Origin: a plasmid
Length of the DNA: 64,000 nt
Sequence record: NZ_CP072388.1
Direction: 5' to 3' (one strand)
Shown here: in pieces, positions 18,671-28,518 of the stretch
Layout of the letters: every line of letters begins with the position of its first letter
How positions within the stretch are numbered: the stretch's first letter is position 1
Position numbers and translations under genes: made by a program
The notes under the pieces: generated by a model
The model's input: only the letters and a program-made list of their open reading frames with translations
Database searches by the model: none
Told to the model about the DNA's origin: nothing

Positions 18671-18734
18671 TCCCTCCCCGCGGGGGTGCGCGTGGCTGCG
18701 CACGCCCGCGGGCCCTTGCCGAAGGACTGCCTTG

Positions 18735-19673
18735 ATGAACCCTGCCCTGATGAGGTGGGGGAGCGGGTGGGTAGCAGCGGGAACCGTGCTGCTGTTGGCT
18801 GCCTGCACCTCCACGCCACCGCCGACGCCTACCGTCACGACGCTGGCGACCCAGGACCTGCCGGACTTTGGACACGTGCACGACGTTCAGGTCACCCAGG
18901 CCGATCACACCATCTTGATCGCGACCCATACCGGGGTCTGGACCATCACCGACCCGTTCCACGACGAGCCCGGACAGCTCGAGCGGGCCGGCGAGGGCCG
19001 CCAGGACACGATGGGCATGACGGTCGCCGTCGACGGCACCGTCTACGCCTCTGGCCACCCCGCACCCGGGGAGCAGTCGGACCTCAAGACGCCCAACCTC
19101 GGGCTGATCCGCAGCACCGACGGTGCCGCGACCTGGGAGCAGGTCTCCCTCACCGGCGAAGTCGACTTCCACGCGTTGAGCACCGCGACGACCGGTGGCG
19201 GCGCCGTGCGCGTCGTCGGTCTGGACTCGGCTACCTCACGACTGCTGATCAGCGACGACTCCGGGCGAAGCTGGACGCCTGGCGCAACCGTGGAGGCCCG
19301 CGACGTGCACGTCATGGGCGCCGCCCCGGACACCATCGTGGCCACCACACCGGCGGGACTGCAGCTCAGCCGTGACGGTGGGCGGACCTTCACCGTGGAT
19401 CGGGATGCGCCGGTCCTGGCGCTCGTTGATGCCGGGCTGGGCGGGACGCTGGTCGGGATCGACCCCCAGGGCGTCGTCTGGACCGGCTCACCCGGCTCGC
19501 AGGACTGGACCGAGCACGGCACCACGCCCAGCGGTGTCCAGGCCATGACGTACGTGCCCGACGACAGCCCCGGCAACCAGCCGTGGATTCTCGTCGCCAC
19601 GGACACCGGCCTGTTCACCAGCCGTGATCTGGGTGCCAGCTGGGATCCGGTGCTCGGCCAGGAGTCCGGGTGA
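18735..19673 (+). CDS. BNR/Asp-box beta-propeller lipoprotein
   Basis: Lipobox LAAC. Four Asp-boxes (STDGAATW, SDDSGRSW, SRDGGRTF, SRDLGASW). Confidence 0.7.
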   Translation: MNPALMRWGSGWVAAGTVLLLAACTSTPPPTPTVTTLATQDLPDFGHVHDVQVTQADHTILIATHTGVWTITDPFHDEPGQLERAGEGRQDTMGMTVAVDGTVYASGHPAPGEQSDLKTPNLGLIRSTDGAATWEQVSLTGEVDFHALSTATTGGGAVRVVGLDSATSRLLISDDSGRSWTPGATVEARDVHVMGAAPDTIVATTPAGLQLSRDGGRTFTVDRDAPVLALVDAGLGGTLVGIDPQGVVWTGSPGSQDWTEHGTTPSGVQAMTYVPDDSPGNQPWILVATDTGLFTSRDLGASWDPVLGQESG

Positions 19674-19986
19674 CGCCCGGCCCGCCCGAACACCACGCGC
19701 CCGACGCACAAGACCACACCAGCCGCCCCGCCCCGACCGTGCCCGCACGGCCGGGCCCCAGGGGCATTCAAACTCCTCGCGGAACGACCCGTGAGGGATC
19801 CAAGGGGGCGCCGAGCCCTGTCACCTCTTGGAGCACACCACCAACACCCGTGACAGGGACGGGGGAACCACTCAACCGGGCACCACGGTGCCCTCGGGGT
19901 GAAGCCGCACCACAGCCACCGGCGCGGCCGGGTCACTCTCCGATCCGAACCCGACAGCTCACCCCGCAGGCGCGAAGGAGAACACC

Positions 19987-20778
19987 ATGACCGCAAGAAA
20001 CCCGGGACGTCACCGCGCGTCTCGCCGGCCCATCACGCCCCTGACCCCGATCGCGCGTGCCGCCCAGGAGGCAACGGCCAGCGCCGCCCGCAGGGGCGCC
20101 TTGCTCGCCGCCGGCTCTGGCCTGCTGGTCTCGGCATTCGCCGTACCAGCAAGCGCAGCACCGAGCACCGACCACCCCAAGGTGTCCGGCGCCGACCTGA
20201 GCGCACTGACCGAGCCGGCCCGCCAGGCGCTCAGCGCCGCACCGGCGATCACCGTCTCGGCCGACGCGTCGTTCGCGATCGAGCAGGCGCCGGTGACGGT
20301 CACCCCCGCACCGGAACCCGAGCCCGAGCCCGAGCCGGAGCCGGTGCGTCAGGAGCGCGCGACACGCAGCCAGGACCGCACGCCCACCCAGGCAGAGACC
20401 AGCACCGCGCAGGGGCAGACACCCGTCGCCGCCCCGCCGTCCGCAGCCGGCTCGAGCGTGGTCAGCGTCGCGATGCGCTACCTCGGCGTGCCCTACCAGT
20501 GGGGCGGAACCACCCCGGCCGGGTTCGACTGCTCCGGCTTCACGTCCTACGTCTACGCCCAGGTCGGCATCAACCTGCCCCGCACCTCCTCCGAGCAGCG
20601 GTACGCGGGCACCGTGATCTCCCGTGAGCAGGCACAACCCGGTGACCTGGTCTGGAGCCCGGGCCACATCGGCATCTACGCCGGGGACAACATGCAGGTC
20701 GAGGCTCCCTCGCCCGGCAAGACCGTCCGGTACGGGCCGATCTGGCAGTCCAACCCGACCTACATCCGCGTCGGATGA
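19987..20778 (+). CDS. NlpC/P60 (C40) peptidoglycan endopeptidase, secreted
   Basis: Signal peptide. GVPYQWGGTTPAGFDCSGFTSYVYAQ...GHIGIYAG catalytic Cys/His. (PE)n linker. Confidence 0.85.
   Translation: MTARNPGRHRASRRPITPLTPIARAAQEATASAARRGALLAAGSGLLVSAFAVPASAAPSTDHPKVSGADLSALTEPARQALSAAPAITVSADASFAIEQAPVTVTPAPEPEPEPEPEPVRQERATRSQDRTPTQAETSTAQGQTPVAAPPSAAGSSVVSVAMRYLGVPYQWGGTTPAGFDCSGFTSYVYAQVGINLPRTSSEQRYAGTVISREQAQPGDLVWSPGHIGIYAGDNMQVEAPSPGKTVRYGPIWQSNPTYIRVG
20311..20343. repeat. (CCCGAG)n tandem repeat encoding the PEPEPEPEPEP linker in the NlpC/P60 protein
   Basis: ccggaacccgagcccgagcccgagccggagccg. Confidence 0.5.
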
Positions 20779-20788
20779 CACGCGAAGG

Positions 20789-20811
20789 GCCCCACCAGCC
20801 TGGTGGGGCCC
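20789..20811 (+). terminator. Perfect 11-bp stem hairpin GGCCCCACCAG-c-CTGGTGGGGCC after the NlpC/P60 stop
   Basis: Reverse complement verified by eye. Ten nt after the stop codon. No U-tract, which is common in high-GC Gram-positives. Confidence 0.5.
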
Positions 20812-20820
20812 TTCACCTAC

Positions 20821-20845
20821 CCATATACCCCTAGGGGGTATATGG
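20821..20845. promoter_or_regulatory. CsoR-type operator-like palindrome CCATATACCCC-TAG-GGGGTATATGG upstream of copB
   Basis: AT-flanked C/G-tract dyad, 50 nt upstream of the ATPase start. Resembles actinobacterial CsoR boxes (ATATACCC-N-GGGTATAT). No csoR gene is present in the window. Confidence 0.45.
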
Positions 20846-20895
20846 TGGTGGATCTGATCCCGGTCCACCGGCACGAAAGGGAAAGAGGGTCGGCC

Positions 20896-23145
20896 ATGAC
20901 GTCCCAGGGGCACCACGACGAGCACGGGCCGAGCGCGGCCCACCAGCATCACGGCGACCCGCGTCTCGTCGCCGCGCGCGACAGCGCGGCGACGCATGGG
21001 TCGCCCCACCATGCTGATCACGGTGCAGGGGACACCCATCGGGAGCGCACAGGGCCCCCCGCATCGGCGCCACACAACCACGACCAGCACCACGGCGGGC
21101 ATGGCAGTGGGCACGGGGGTCATGGTGATCATGTCGGGCAGTTCCGCCGGCTGTTCTGGATCATGCTCGTTCTCGCAGTCCCGGTCGTGGCCACCTCGAG
21201 CATGTTCGCGATGGTGCTCGGGTACGAGTTGCCCGACGTGCCGGGTCTGGGCCTCATCTCACCGGTGCTCGGCACGGTGATGTACGTGTGGGGCGGGCGC
21301 CCGTTCCTCACGGGTGCCGTCTCGGAGATCCGGGCGCGCAAGCCCGGGATGATGCTGCTCGTCGGTCTGGCGATCACCGTCGCGTTCGTCGCGTCGTGGG
21401 GCGCGAGCCTGGGCCTGCTCGACCACCAGCTCGAGTTCTGGTGGGAGCTGGCGCTGTTGATCGTGATCATGCTGCTCGGCCACTGGATCGAGATGCGCTC
21501 TTTGGCGCAGACCACCTCGGCCCTGGACTCCCTGGCCGCGTTGCTGCCCGACGAGGCCGAGCGGGTCGAGGGCGACCAGGTCGTCACCGTGGCGCCCGGC
21601 GACCTGCGCGTGGGGGACGTCGTCGTGATCCGCCCCGGTGGCCGGGTGCCGGCCGACGGCGAGATCGTCGACGGCACCGCGAGCATGGACGAGTCGATGA
21701 TCACCGGCGAGTCGCGCACTGTGCGACGCAGCACCGGTGAGCCCGTCGTGGCCGGCACGGTCGCAACCGACTCGGGTCTGCGTGTCCGGGTGAGCGCGGT
21801 CGGGCAGGACACCGCGTTGGCCGGCATCCAGCGCCTGGTCACCGAGGCGCAGAGCTCCAGCTCCCGCGCCCAGCGCCTTGCCGACACCGCGGCCGGATGG
21901 CTGTTCTGGTTCGCCCTGGTCGCCGCGGTCCTCACCGCGGCGACCTGGACCCTCCTCGGGCTCCCCGATGCTGCGGTGATCCGCACCGTGACCGTCCTGG
22001 TCATCGCGTGCCCGCACGCCCTGGGCCTCGCGATCCCGCTGGTGGTGTCCATCGCGACCGAGCGCGCGGCACGCGGCGGCGTGCTCATCAAGGACCGGCT
22101 CGCGCTGGAGAGCATGCGCACCGTCGACACCGTGCTGTTCGACAAGACCGGCACACTGACCAAGGGCGAGCCCACCGTGACCGCGGTCGAGACCACCGAC
22201 GGCCACGACGCCGACGAGGTCCTTGCACTGGCCGCGGCCGCGGAGTCCGACTCCGAGCACCCGCTCGCCCGGGCCATCGTGCGCGCCGCGCACCACAAGG
22301 GCCTGCCCGTCGCACCCGCGCAGGACTTCCAGTCCTCCCCGGCCGTGGGCGTACGTGCGACCGTCTCGGGTCGCAGCATCGAGGTCGGCGGGCCCAACCT
22401 CCTGCACGAACGGTCCGCTCACGAGCTCGCGGTCGCCGATCAGTGGCGCGAGTCGGGCTCCATCATCCTGCACGTCCTCCTCGACGGGCAGGTCGCCGGG
22501 GCGCTGCGCCTGGCCGACGAGATCCGGCCAGAGTCCCGCGAGGCGGTGACCGCGCTGCACCAGCGGGGCGTGCAGGTCGTGATGATCACCGGCGATGCCG
22601 AGGCCGTGGCCGCCTCCGTCGCGCACGAGCTCGGCATCGAGCGGTACTTCGCCGGCGTGCGGCCCGAGGACAAGTCCGCCAAGGTCCAGCAGCTGCAGGA
22701 CGAAGGCCGCAAGGTCGCCATGGTCGGGGACGGGGTGAACGACGCACCCGCGCTCGCGCAGTCGGACGTCGGCATCGCGATCGGCGCCGGGACCGACGTC
22801 GCGATCGCTTCAGCCGGGGTGATCCTGGCCAGTGACGATCCTCGCTCGGTGCTGTCGGTGATCGAGCTGTCGCGCGCCAGCTACCGCAAGATGAAGCAGA
22901 ACCTGTGGTGGGCCGCCGGCTACAACCTCATCTCCGTCCCGCTCGCCGCCGGCGTGCTCGCTCCCGTCGGCTTCGTCATGCCGATGTCCGTCGGCGCCCT
23001 GCTCATGTCCGCCTCGACCGTCGTCGTCGCTCTCAACGCCCAGCTCCTGCGGCGCCTGGACCTACGCCCCGAGACCAGCACCCGGGCCATCCTCGGAGAG
23101 GCCAGCACGGGCACCGCGACCGAACGGCAGGACGCGAACGCATGA
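20896..23145 (+). CDS. copB: Copper-exporting P1B-3-type ATPase (CopB-like: His-rich N-terminus, CPH motif)
   Basis: N-terminus GHHDEHG...HQHHG...HNHDQHHGGHGSGHGGHGDH. TM6 motif IACPHALGLAIP (CPH, not CPC). DKTGTLT, GDGVNDAPAL. RBS aagggaaagaggg. Confidence 0.9.
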   Translation: MTSQGHHDEHGPSAAHQHHGDPRLVAARDSAATHGSPHHADHGAGDTHRERTGPPASAPHNHDQHHGGHGSGHGGHGDHVGQFRRLFWIMLVLAVPVVATSSMFAMVLGYELPDVPGLGLISPVLGTVMYVWGGRPFLTGAVSEIRARKPGMMLLVGLAITVAFVASWGASLGLLDHQLEFWWELALLIVIMLLGHWIEMRSLAQTTSALDSLAALLPDEAERVEGDQVVTVAPGDLRVGDVVVIRPGGRVPADGEIVDGTASMDESMITGESRTVRRSTGEPVVAGTVATDSGLRVRVSAVGQDTALAGIQRLVTEAQSSSSRAQRLADTAAGWLFWFALVAAVLTAATWTLLGLPDAAVIRTVTVLVIACPHALGLAIPLVVSIATERAARGGVLIKDRLALESMRTVDTVLFDKTGTLTKGEPTVTAVETTDGHDADEVLALAAAAESDSEHPLARAIVRAAHHKGLPVAPAQDFQSSPAVGVRATVSGRSIEVGGPNLLHERSAHELAVADQWRESGSIILHVLLDGQVAGALRLADEIRPESREAVTALHQRGVQVVMITGDAEAVAASVAHELGIERYFAGVRPEDKSAKVQQLQDEGRKVAMVGDGVNDAPALAQSDVGIAIGAGTDVAIASAGVILASDDPRSVLSVIELSRASYRKMKQNLWWAAGYNLISVPLAAGVLAPVGFVMPMSVGALLMSASTVVVALNAQLLRRLDLRPETSTRAILGEASTGTATERQDANA

Positions 23146-23588
23146 GCGATCAGTCTCCTAGCGCCCGCGCGCAGAAGCCGGCGCGCGGCGCGCGGCGCGT
23201 CGTCCCCGGTCTCACGGCCTGTCGCCTGTGCGCCGGCGAGACCCTCGGTCAGGCAGACACCCACCCCGGTGGTCAGCTCGAACGCGTGTGCGCCATCGCG
23301 GCCAGCGGCGACGCACGCCTGACCGTCGTGGACTGCCTCGACGCCTGCGAACGCGGCGACGTCCTCGTCGCCCGACCCGTGCCTGCCGTGCGCGCCGCGC
23401 AACCGCCGATCTGGTTCGAACGCCTCGCGGGCGACGGGCTCACCACCGAGCTGCACAGCTGGCTTCGAGCAGGCGGGCCCGGCGTGGCGCCCCTCCCTGC
23501 CCGACTGAGCACTCACGTCATCCATCCGCAGCAGCCGCTGTCCGCCGAGGAAGCGCTCACCCGCGCGGACGCCAGCATCGGGGCGTAG
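23142..23588 (+). CDS. Cys-rich metal-binding protein, DUF1636/ferredoxin-like (tentative)
   Basis: ATG overlaps copB stop (ATGA). CRLCAGE...C...DCLDACERGDVLV cysteine pattern. Confidence 0.4.
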   Translation: MSDQSPSARAQKPARGARRVVPGLTACRLCAGETLGQADTHPGGQLERVCAIAASGDARLTVVDCLDACERGDVLVARPVPAVRAAQPPIWFERLAGDGLTTELHSWLRAGGPGVAPLPARLSTHVIHPQQPLSAEEALTRADASIGA

Positions 23589-23846
23589 CACGGCGGGCAA
23601 CACGTGGAAGGTTGCTGGGGGAACCGGTGTGGGACGAGATCGACCTGGCGGCGGCGCGAGCGTGTGCCCGCGCCCTCGTCGAGGGCGCCGGCAGGAGTCC
23701 ACCGTGCGCCCGTCGAGTGTTGATGTGGTGCTCTCGTTGCCTGGACGGGAGGCAGTGACCTAGTCTGGTGGTAGCTCGCTGCAGTAGCGGCGGGAAGTGA
23801 GCCCGAGACCCTTCCGGACGGTTGTGGCGCTCGGGCTTCGCGCTTT

Positions 23847-24365
23847 CTACAGGTCGATGACTTCCTCGATGAGCGGCTGGGCGCGCCGGCGCCAGTCCCC
23901 GCCCCGGGCGTATGCCCAACCGACGGCGTCGGGCACTGCGAGAAGCGGTTCCTGGGCAGCGCGCTGGTGCTGGTAGCGCAGGGTTTCGGCGCAGCCATGG
24001 GCCCGTGTGAGCGTCGCGAGTTCTCGCCGATCTCGGGCGTCGAGGGTCTCGTCGGACTCGAGACAGAGCATCATGTGACCGTCTCGGGCGATGTCGGCGA
24101 CCAGGCGGTCCAGGCAGTGACGTCGGCGGTCGAGGTCGGTCTTGAAGCCCGTCCCCGCCTGGTAGATGGTCGCTCTGAATCCGTGGCGTTCGAGCTCGGT
24201 GAGGATGACTCGGCGGCGCCCGTCTCCCTCGCTCTTCATGTGAAGCCGGCGTTGCCCCGGTAGGACGAGTGTTCGGATGGTCTTGCGCGCGGCCACGAGG
24301 TCGTGTGGTGCGACGACGCTGGCGATGAGGAGGTAGTCGCGGCTCTTCGACTCGTCGACGAACAC
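23847..24365 (-). CDS. Hypothetical protein (N-terminal MFVDES acidic motif)
   Basis: 172 aa, coding-like composition. Last gene of the minus-strand gene string. No confident domain. Confidence 0.4.
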   Translation of the reverse strand: MFVDESKSRDYLLIASVVAPHDLVAARKTIRTLVLPGQRRLHMKSEGDGRRRVILTELERHGFRATIYQAGTGFKTDLDRRRHCLDRLVADIARDGHMMLCLESDETLDARDRRELATLTRAHGCAETLRYQHQRAAQEPLLAVPDAVGWAYARGGDWRRRAQPLIEEVIDL

Positions 24366-24373
24366 GTGGCCCG

Positions 24374-25291
24374 TCAGCGCTCGGCCCTCCGCGCAGTAGT
24401 CGTTCTCAGGCGGGGGCCAGGGGCGGCACCGCGGCGCCCGGGTACTGCCGCCGAGAGAAAGCCGCGTCGACGGGCGGCGGCGACCCAGTCTCGAACCGTG
24501 GCTTCTGGACGATCGAAGTGCTGGGCGAGACGCCTGGTGAGACCGGTGCCAGCGGCGGCTTCCCTGAGGTAGGCCCGTGCCACCTCGTCGAGCAGCTCAT
24601 CGGACAGCTCGGGTCGACCTCGCCGTGTCTCGGCGGCGGCCTTGTTCGCGGATTCGAGCACTCGCACCTCCTGAGCGGTGAGCTCATCCGGGGTGCGCCA
24701 GCTGCCCATGAGGACCTGGATCCCTTCTTCACGCCAGTCGTCCTCGGCCAAGGCCTTCTGCGCTTCGGCCAGGATCAGGCCGAGCGGGATCCTCCGCAGC
24801 AGGTCGCTGGTGACGAGGGGCCGTTCGCTGTGCTGCTCCTCCTCGCTGACTTCGTCGCCCTGCACGGTCTCGTCGTCCTCGTCGTCGGTGTAGCCCCAGC
24901 GGGAGCGAAAGAGCTCGAGCTCAGCGATCTCGAGCCCGCGACCGCGGTTGATGAAGACCCCATAGACGAGCACCGGTAGCTCGACGCTCGTGTAGAGGAA
25001 GTCACTGACGTACCCCGGTCCGCGGGAGCGCTCCTTCATGTACAGCTCGAGCCGATAGCGCGGCCAGGTGGACTCGTCGTCAGGGTCGACGTCGCCAGGC
25101 TCTCGCTCACGCGCGACGTTGACGAACGACTGCTTCCACAGATCGAGGAGTTGTCGCATCCGGTCGCGGTCGTAGGACAGGTCGCGAACCAGGGGGTGAT
25201 CGGCGCGAAGGCGTCGCTCGCCTTCGGGCGCGTCCGGGTTCTCGAAGTCCTCAGCTGTGAACTCGTCCCTGGGCGCCATGCCTTCGAGCAT
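24374..25291 (-). CDS. Hypothetical protein with acidic central region and C-terminal HTH
   Basis: 305 aa. DDEDDETVQGDEVSEEE acidic stretch. C-terminal RRLAQHFDRPEATVRDWV helix-turn-helix. Confidence 0.45.
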   Translation of the reverse strand: MLEGMAPRDEFTAEDFENPDAPEGERRLRADHPLVRDLSYDRDRMRQLLDLWKQSFVNVAREREPGDVDPDDESTWPRYRLELYMKERSRGPGYVSDFLYTSVELPVLVYGVFINRGRGLEIAELELFRSRWGYTDDEDDETVQGDEVSEEEQHSERPLVTSDLLRRIPLGLILAEAQKALAEDDWREEGIQVLMGSWRTPDELTAQEVRVLESANKAAAETRRGRPELSDELLDEVARAYLREAAAGTGLTRRLAQHFDRPEATVRDWVAAARRRGFLSAAVPGRRGAAPGPRLRTTTARRAER

Positions 25292-25442
25292 AGGCGCGAC
25301 GGTCCGCGAACCATCGCGTTAAACCGTCCGACTTTCGCCGCGCGACATCTCGTACGGGTGGCGGTCGCGCGCTGCGTACGGGTGCTGGATGGCCTCTTCG
25401 TGACTCGCTAGACGCGCTCGCTGAGCTTCCGGAGATGACGGG

Positions 25443-25823
25443 TCAGCGGGACTTGAGCATGGTGATGAACTCGTCGGCCATCGCCAGCTTGGCGGCGAGA
25501 TCTGCACGGCGTTGCTCGGCGACGTCGAGGTAGGTGGTGAGCCGTCGGGGCAGTTGTGCGTCGTTGTCTCCGCTGGCGAGGCGGTCGGAGATCTCGAGCA
25601 GGTCGGCCATCTCTTCGAGGGTGAATCCGAGTGGCTTCATGCGTCGTACGACGAGCAGTCGCTGGACGTCCTTCTCGGTGTAGAGGCGGAAGCCTCCGTC
25701 GCTGCGGGCAGAGGGTGGGACGAGGCCGACCTCGTCGTAGTGGCGAAGGGTGCGTAGGGACAGGCCGGTGCGCGCCGCGACGGCGCCGATGTGCAAGGTG
25801 GCCGGTTCGCCTGGGTCGGTCAT
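25443..25823 (-). CDS. MerR-family transcriptional regulator (paralog 1)
   Basis: LHIGAVAARTGLSLRTLRHYDEVGLVPPSARSDGGFRLY. ATG overlaps the helicase stop (ATGA). Confidence 0.8.
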   Translation of the reverse strand: MTDPGEPATLHIGAVAARTGLSLRTLRHYDEVGLVPPSARSDGGFRLYTEKDVQRLLVVRRMKPLGFTLEEMADLLEISDRLASGDNDAQLPRRLTTYLDVAEQRRADLAAKLAMADEFITMLKSR

Positions 25824-27919
25824 ACGGACAGTGTCTCGTGGACGGGGTGAGTCGTCGCCAGGTCCTGTACGCGGGAGAACGGCTGCTCGTTGGGCTGGGG
25901 TTCGAGGATCTCGGGCGGCAGCGGTCGCTCGTGGAGGATGGTGAGACGGCTGACTGCTCGGGTGAGCGCGACATAGAGGTGGCGCAGCCCGACCCCGGGC
26001 CGGGAGTGCCCGCCCGTGGCCGGAGCCGCTACCACGGCGGCCGGTTCGATGACGACGACGTGGTCGTACTCGAGGCCCTTGGCGAGGTCGGCCTGGACGA
26101 GCTCGACCCGGTCGTGCGACGGGAGCACGGGGCGCAGGAGCGCGAGGTCGGCAGCGGTCGCGATGACCCCCACGAGCCCTTCCTCATCGAGCGCCGCGAG
26201 GACGGTCGCGTGAACCTCTCGGACGAGGTCGTCGGTATGGACGACGTCCGTGGTGCCGTCGGTGCGGACGGAGCGGGTGGGTGAGACCGGAACGCCGAGG
26301 TGCGGCAGGATCCGGTTGGCGAGCTCGAGCACCGTTGCCGGGACGCGGAATCCGGTCGTGAGCTCGGTGCGCTCGGCGTCGGGGCGATCCAGGTGGTGCA
26401 TCTGCGTCGGCCAGTCGCGGGCAGCCCAGGCGGTGGTGCCCTGGGCGAGGTCGCCGAGCACCGTGAGCGCCCCGGTCCGGCAGCGCCGGGCGAAGGCGCG
26501 ACACTGCATGGGGGACAGGTCCTGGGCCTCGTCGACGACGACGTGCCCGTAGGTCTGGTCGGTGTCGCGCGGGACGAGATGGGCCTGGAGCTCCTCGAGC
26601 ACGAGCGCGTCGGCCGGGCTGAACCGGAAGACACCCCCAGAGCGGCGCAAGAGCTCGGCCTCGTCGTCGGTCAGCAGGTCGGCGCAGGCGCGGGCACGGA
26701 AGTCGTCGTCCGTGTAGAGCTTGCGCAGCACCTGCTTCGCGGTGAGGCGTGGCCAGACCTGGTCGAGAGTCTGCTTGAAGCTGGGGTGACGCCGGATCTC
26801 GGCGGTGAAGCGGCTGTCCGGGGTGCGGTGATACCGCTGCTCATGCTGGAGCAGGACCTGGTGGAGGAGGGTGTGCTCGAGAGTCTTGCGCGCGCTGTTC
26901 CAGGTGCGCGACGTCGCCCGCGTGCGGTCGATCGCGCGCGAGACGTCGTCTGGTTCGAAGGTCCAGCGTGTGCCGGCGTGGGTGATGACGACCGGGTCGT
27001 GCAGCTGCCCGACGTGGCTCCAGACGGCGCGCTGGCACACGGTAGCCATGCGGGCGTCGTGCTTGATCAGCGCGGTCTGGAGCGAGTCGCTGCCGGGGGC
27101 CGAGCCCGCGCCGGTCAGGTCGTCGACGGTGGTCTGACGCACGGAGGCCTCCCCGAGGGCGGGTAGGACGGCGGAGATGTAGCGCAGGAAGCCGTCGTTG
27201 GGTCCGACGACGAGCATCGGGTGGGCGCGGAAGTGACGCGGGTAGGTGTACAGGAGCCAGGCGGCACGGTGTAGGCCGACGGCGGTCTTGCCGGTTCCAG
27301 GGGCGCCTTGGATGCATAGGGAGGCGTCGGGGCCGCGGCGGATCAGCTCGTCCTGCTCGGGCTGGATGGTCGCGACGATGTCGCGCATCGGACCGGTGCG
27401 AGGTCGTTCGATCTCGGCGGCGAGCAGATCGGAGTGCACCTCTTGGCCGCGGCGCAGGTCTTCGTCCTCGAGGCTGGTCAGGGTGGTTCCCTGGAACCCG
27501 AACCTGCGCCGGCGCAGGACCTCGAGGCGGTGGTGCGCCGAGGCACGGTAGAAGCGCTCGGCGATGGGTGCACGCCAGTCGATGACCAGGGCGGTCGAGG
27601 GGTCGTCCTCGTCGCGGACGTGGCGCCGGCCCAGGTGGTAGTCCTCGCCGGAGTCGAGCCACAGGCGGGCGAAGAACAGCGGCACGTCACGGTGCGCGAG
27701 GTCCTCCAGGCGGGTGTCGCGGTACTGCGCGATGGAGAACGCGAGGCTGTGGTCGGGCCCGGCGTCGTCGGCGTAGCGGTTCTTCTTGCCCTCGAGGTAG
27801 TCGGCCTGGAAGGTGTCGACGGCGTCGAGGGTCGCGCTGCGCATGGCGTCGATCGCGGCGCGGGCGCGGTCGTGGTGGCGGGCCTCTGACCGGAGCCTGG
27901 GGTCGTCGCTGTGGGGCAC
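25820..27919 (-). CDS. HelD-like (helicase IV / UvrD-family) RNA-polymerase-associated helicase
   Basis: Walker A GAPGTGKTAVGLHRAAWLLY. N-terminal HelD-type domain (PLFFARLWLDSGEDYHLGRRHV). C-terminal UvrD 2B/2A motifs (VVVIEPA...LYVALTRAVSRL). Start set to GTG 27919 behind ggaagg. Confidence 0.75.
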   Translation of the reverse strand: MPHSDDPRLRSEARHHDRARAAIDAMRSATLDAVDTFQADYLEGKKNRYADDAGPDHSLAFSIAQYRDTRLEDLAHRDVPLFFARLWLDSGEDYHLGRRHVRDEDDPSTALVIDWRAPIAERFYRASAHHRLEVLRRRRFGFQGTTLTSLEDEDLRRGQEVHSDLLAAEIERPRTGPMRDIVATIQPEQDELIRRGPDASLCIQGAPGTGKTAVGLHRAAWLLYTYPRHFRAHPMLVVGPNDGFLRYISAVLPALGEASVRQTTVDDLTGAGSAPGSDSLQTALIKHDARMATVCQRAVWSHVGQLHDPVVITHAGTRWTFEPDDVSRAIDRTRATSRTWNSARKTLEHTLLHQVLLQHEQRYHRTPDSRFTAEIRRHPSFKQTLDQVWPRLTAKQVLRKLYTDDDFRARACADLLTDDEAELLRRSGGVFRFSPADALVLEELQAHLVPRDTDQTYGHVVVDEAQDLSPMQCRAFARRCRTGALTVLGDLAQGTTAWAARDWPTQMHHLDRPDAERTELTTGFRVPATVLELANRILPHLGVPVSPTRSVRTDGTTDVVHTDDLVREVHATVLAALDEEGLVGVIATAADLALLRPVLPSHDRVELVQADLAKGLEYDHVVVIEPAAVVAAPATGGHSRPGVGLRHLYVALTRAVSRLTILHERPLPPEILEPQPNEQPFSRVQDLATTHPVHETLSV

Positions 27920-27975
27920 AACCTTCCTTCCGCAGTGAGCCTGATGGTGGGTGTGTGGGGGGAGGGCGGGTGGTC

Positions 27976-28518
27976 TCAGCGGCTGTGGTCGGGGCTCGTC
28001 GCGGCCGGGACGTGGTGCGGGGGGAGCGGGTGGCCGTGATCCGTCCATCGGGCTATGGCCGGGGCGTCGCAGTGCTCGCACACGAGGGTGGGTTGGCGCC
28101 CGACTTGGGAGGTGACCGAGGCACGGCCGAGGGCCAGGACGGAGCGGTAGGTGTGGCGCACGTCGGCCGACCCGCAGGTGGCGCACCGGGGGGTCTCGTC
28201 GCGCGGCCAGGTGTGCCCGCACGTGCTGCAGGTCAGCTCGATCCCGTCCGGGCCCGGGGATCCGTGCAGCGCCTCGTGCTCGCCGCACGCGGGGCAGCTG
28301 AACTCCCTGGCCACGTCAGACGCCGTGGGCAGGTCCGGCAGGTGCAGCCACAGCTCGCGCAGGTCCTTGAAGCTGCGATCGGGCAGCCGCTGCAGGGAGG
28401 CGATCACGTGCTCGCTCGCGCCGCCGTCGCGGGCATAGGCGACGAGCTCGTCGTGGGTGGCGGGTCCGTACTGGAACAGGTCGCCGACGGCGTCAGCGAG
28501 CTGCAGGCGGGTCGTCAA
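27976..28518 (-). CDS. DUF2795-like N-domain + triple zinc-ribbon protein
   Basis: YGPATHDELVAYARDGGASEHVIASLQRLPD (DUF2795 pattern), then CPACGEHE...CSTCGH, CATCGSAD, CEHCDAP. TTG start overlaps upstream stop (TTGA). Start uncertain. Confidence 0.45.
   Translation of the reverse strand: MTTRLQLADAVGDLFQYGPATHDELVAYARDGGASEHVIASLQRLPDRSFKDLRELWLHLPDLPTASDVAREFSCPACGEHEALHGSPGPDGIELTCSTCGHTWPRDETPRCATCGSADVRHTYRSVLALGRASVTSQVGRQPTLVCEHCDAPAIARWTDHGHPLPPHHVPAATSPDHSR

Noticed and set aside
19899-21132. Overlapping 242-aa (+) and 399-aa (-) ORFs across the NlpC/P60 and copB starts
   Set aside because: R/G-rich shadow ORFs. The authentic genes have catalytic motifs in other frames.
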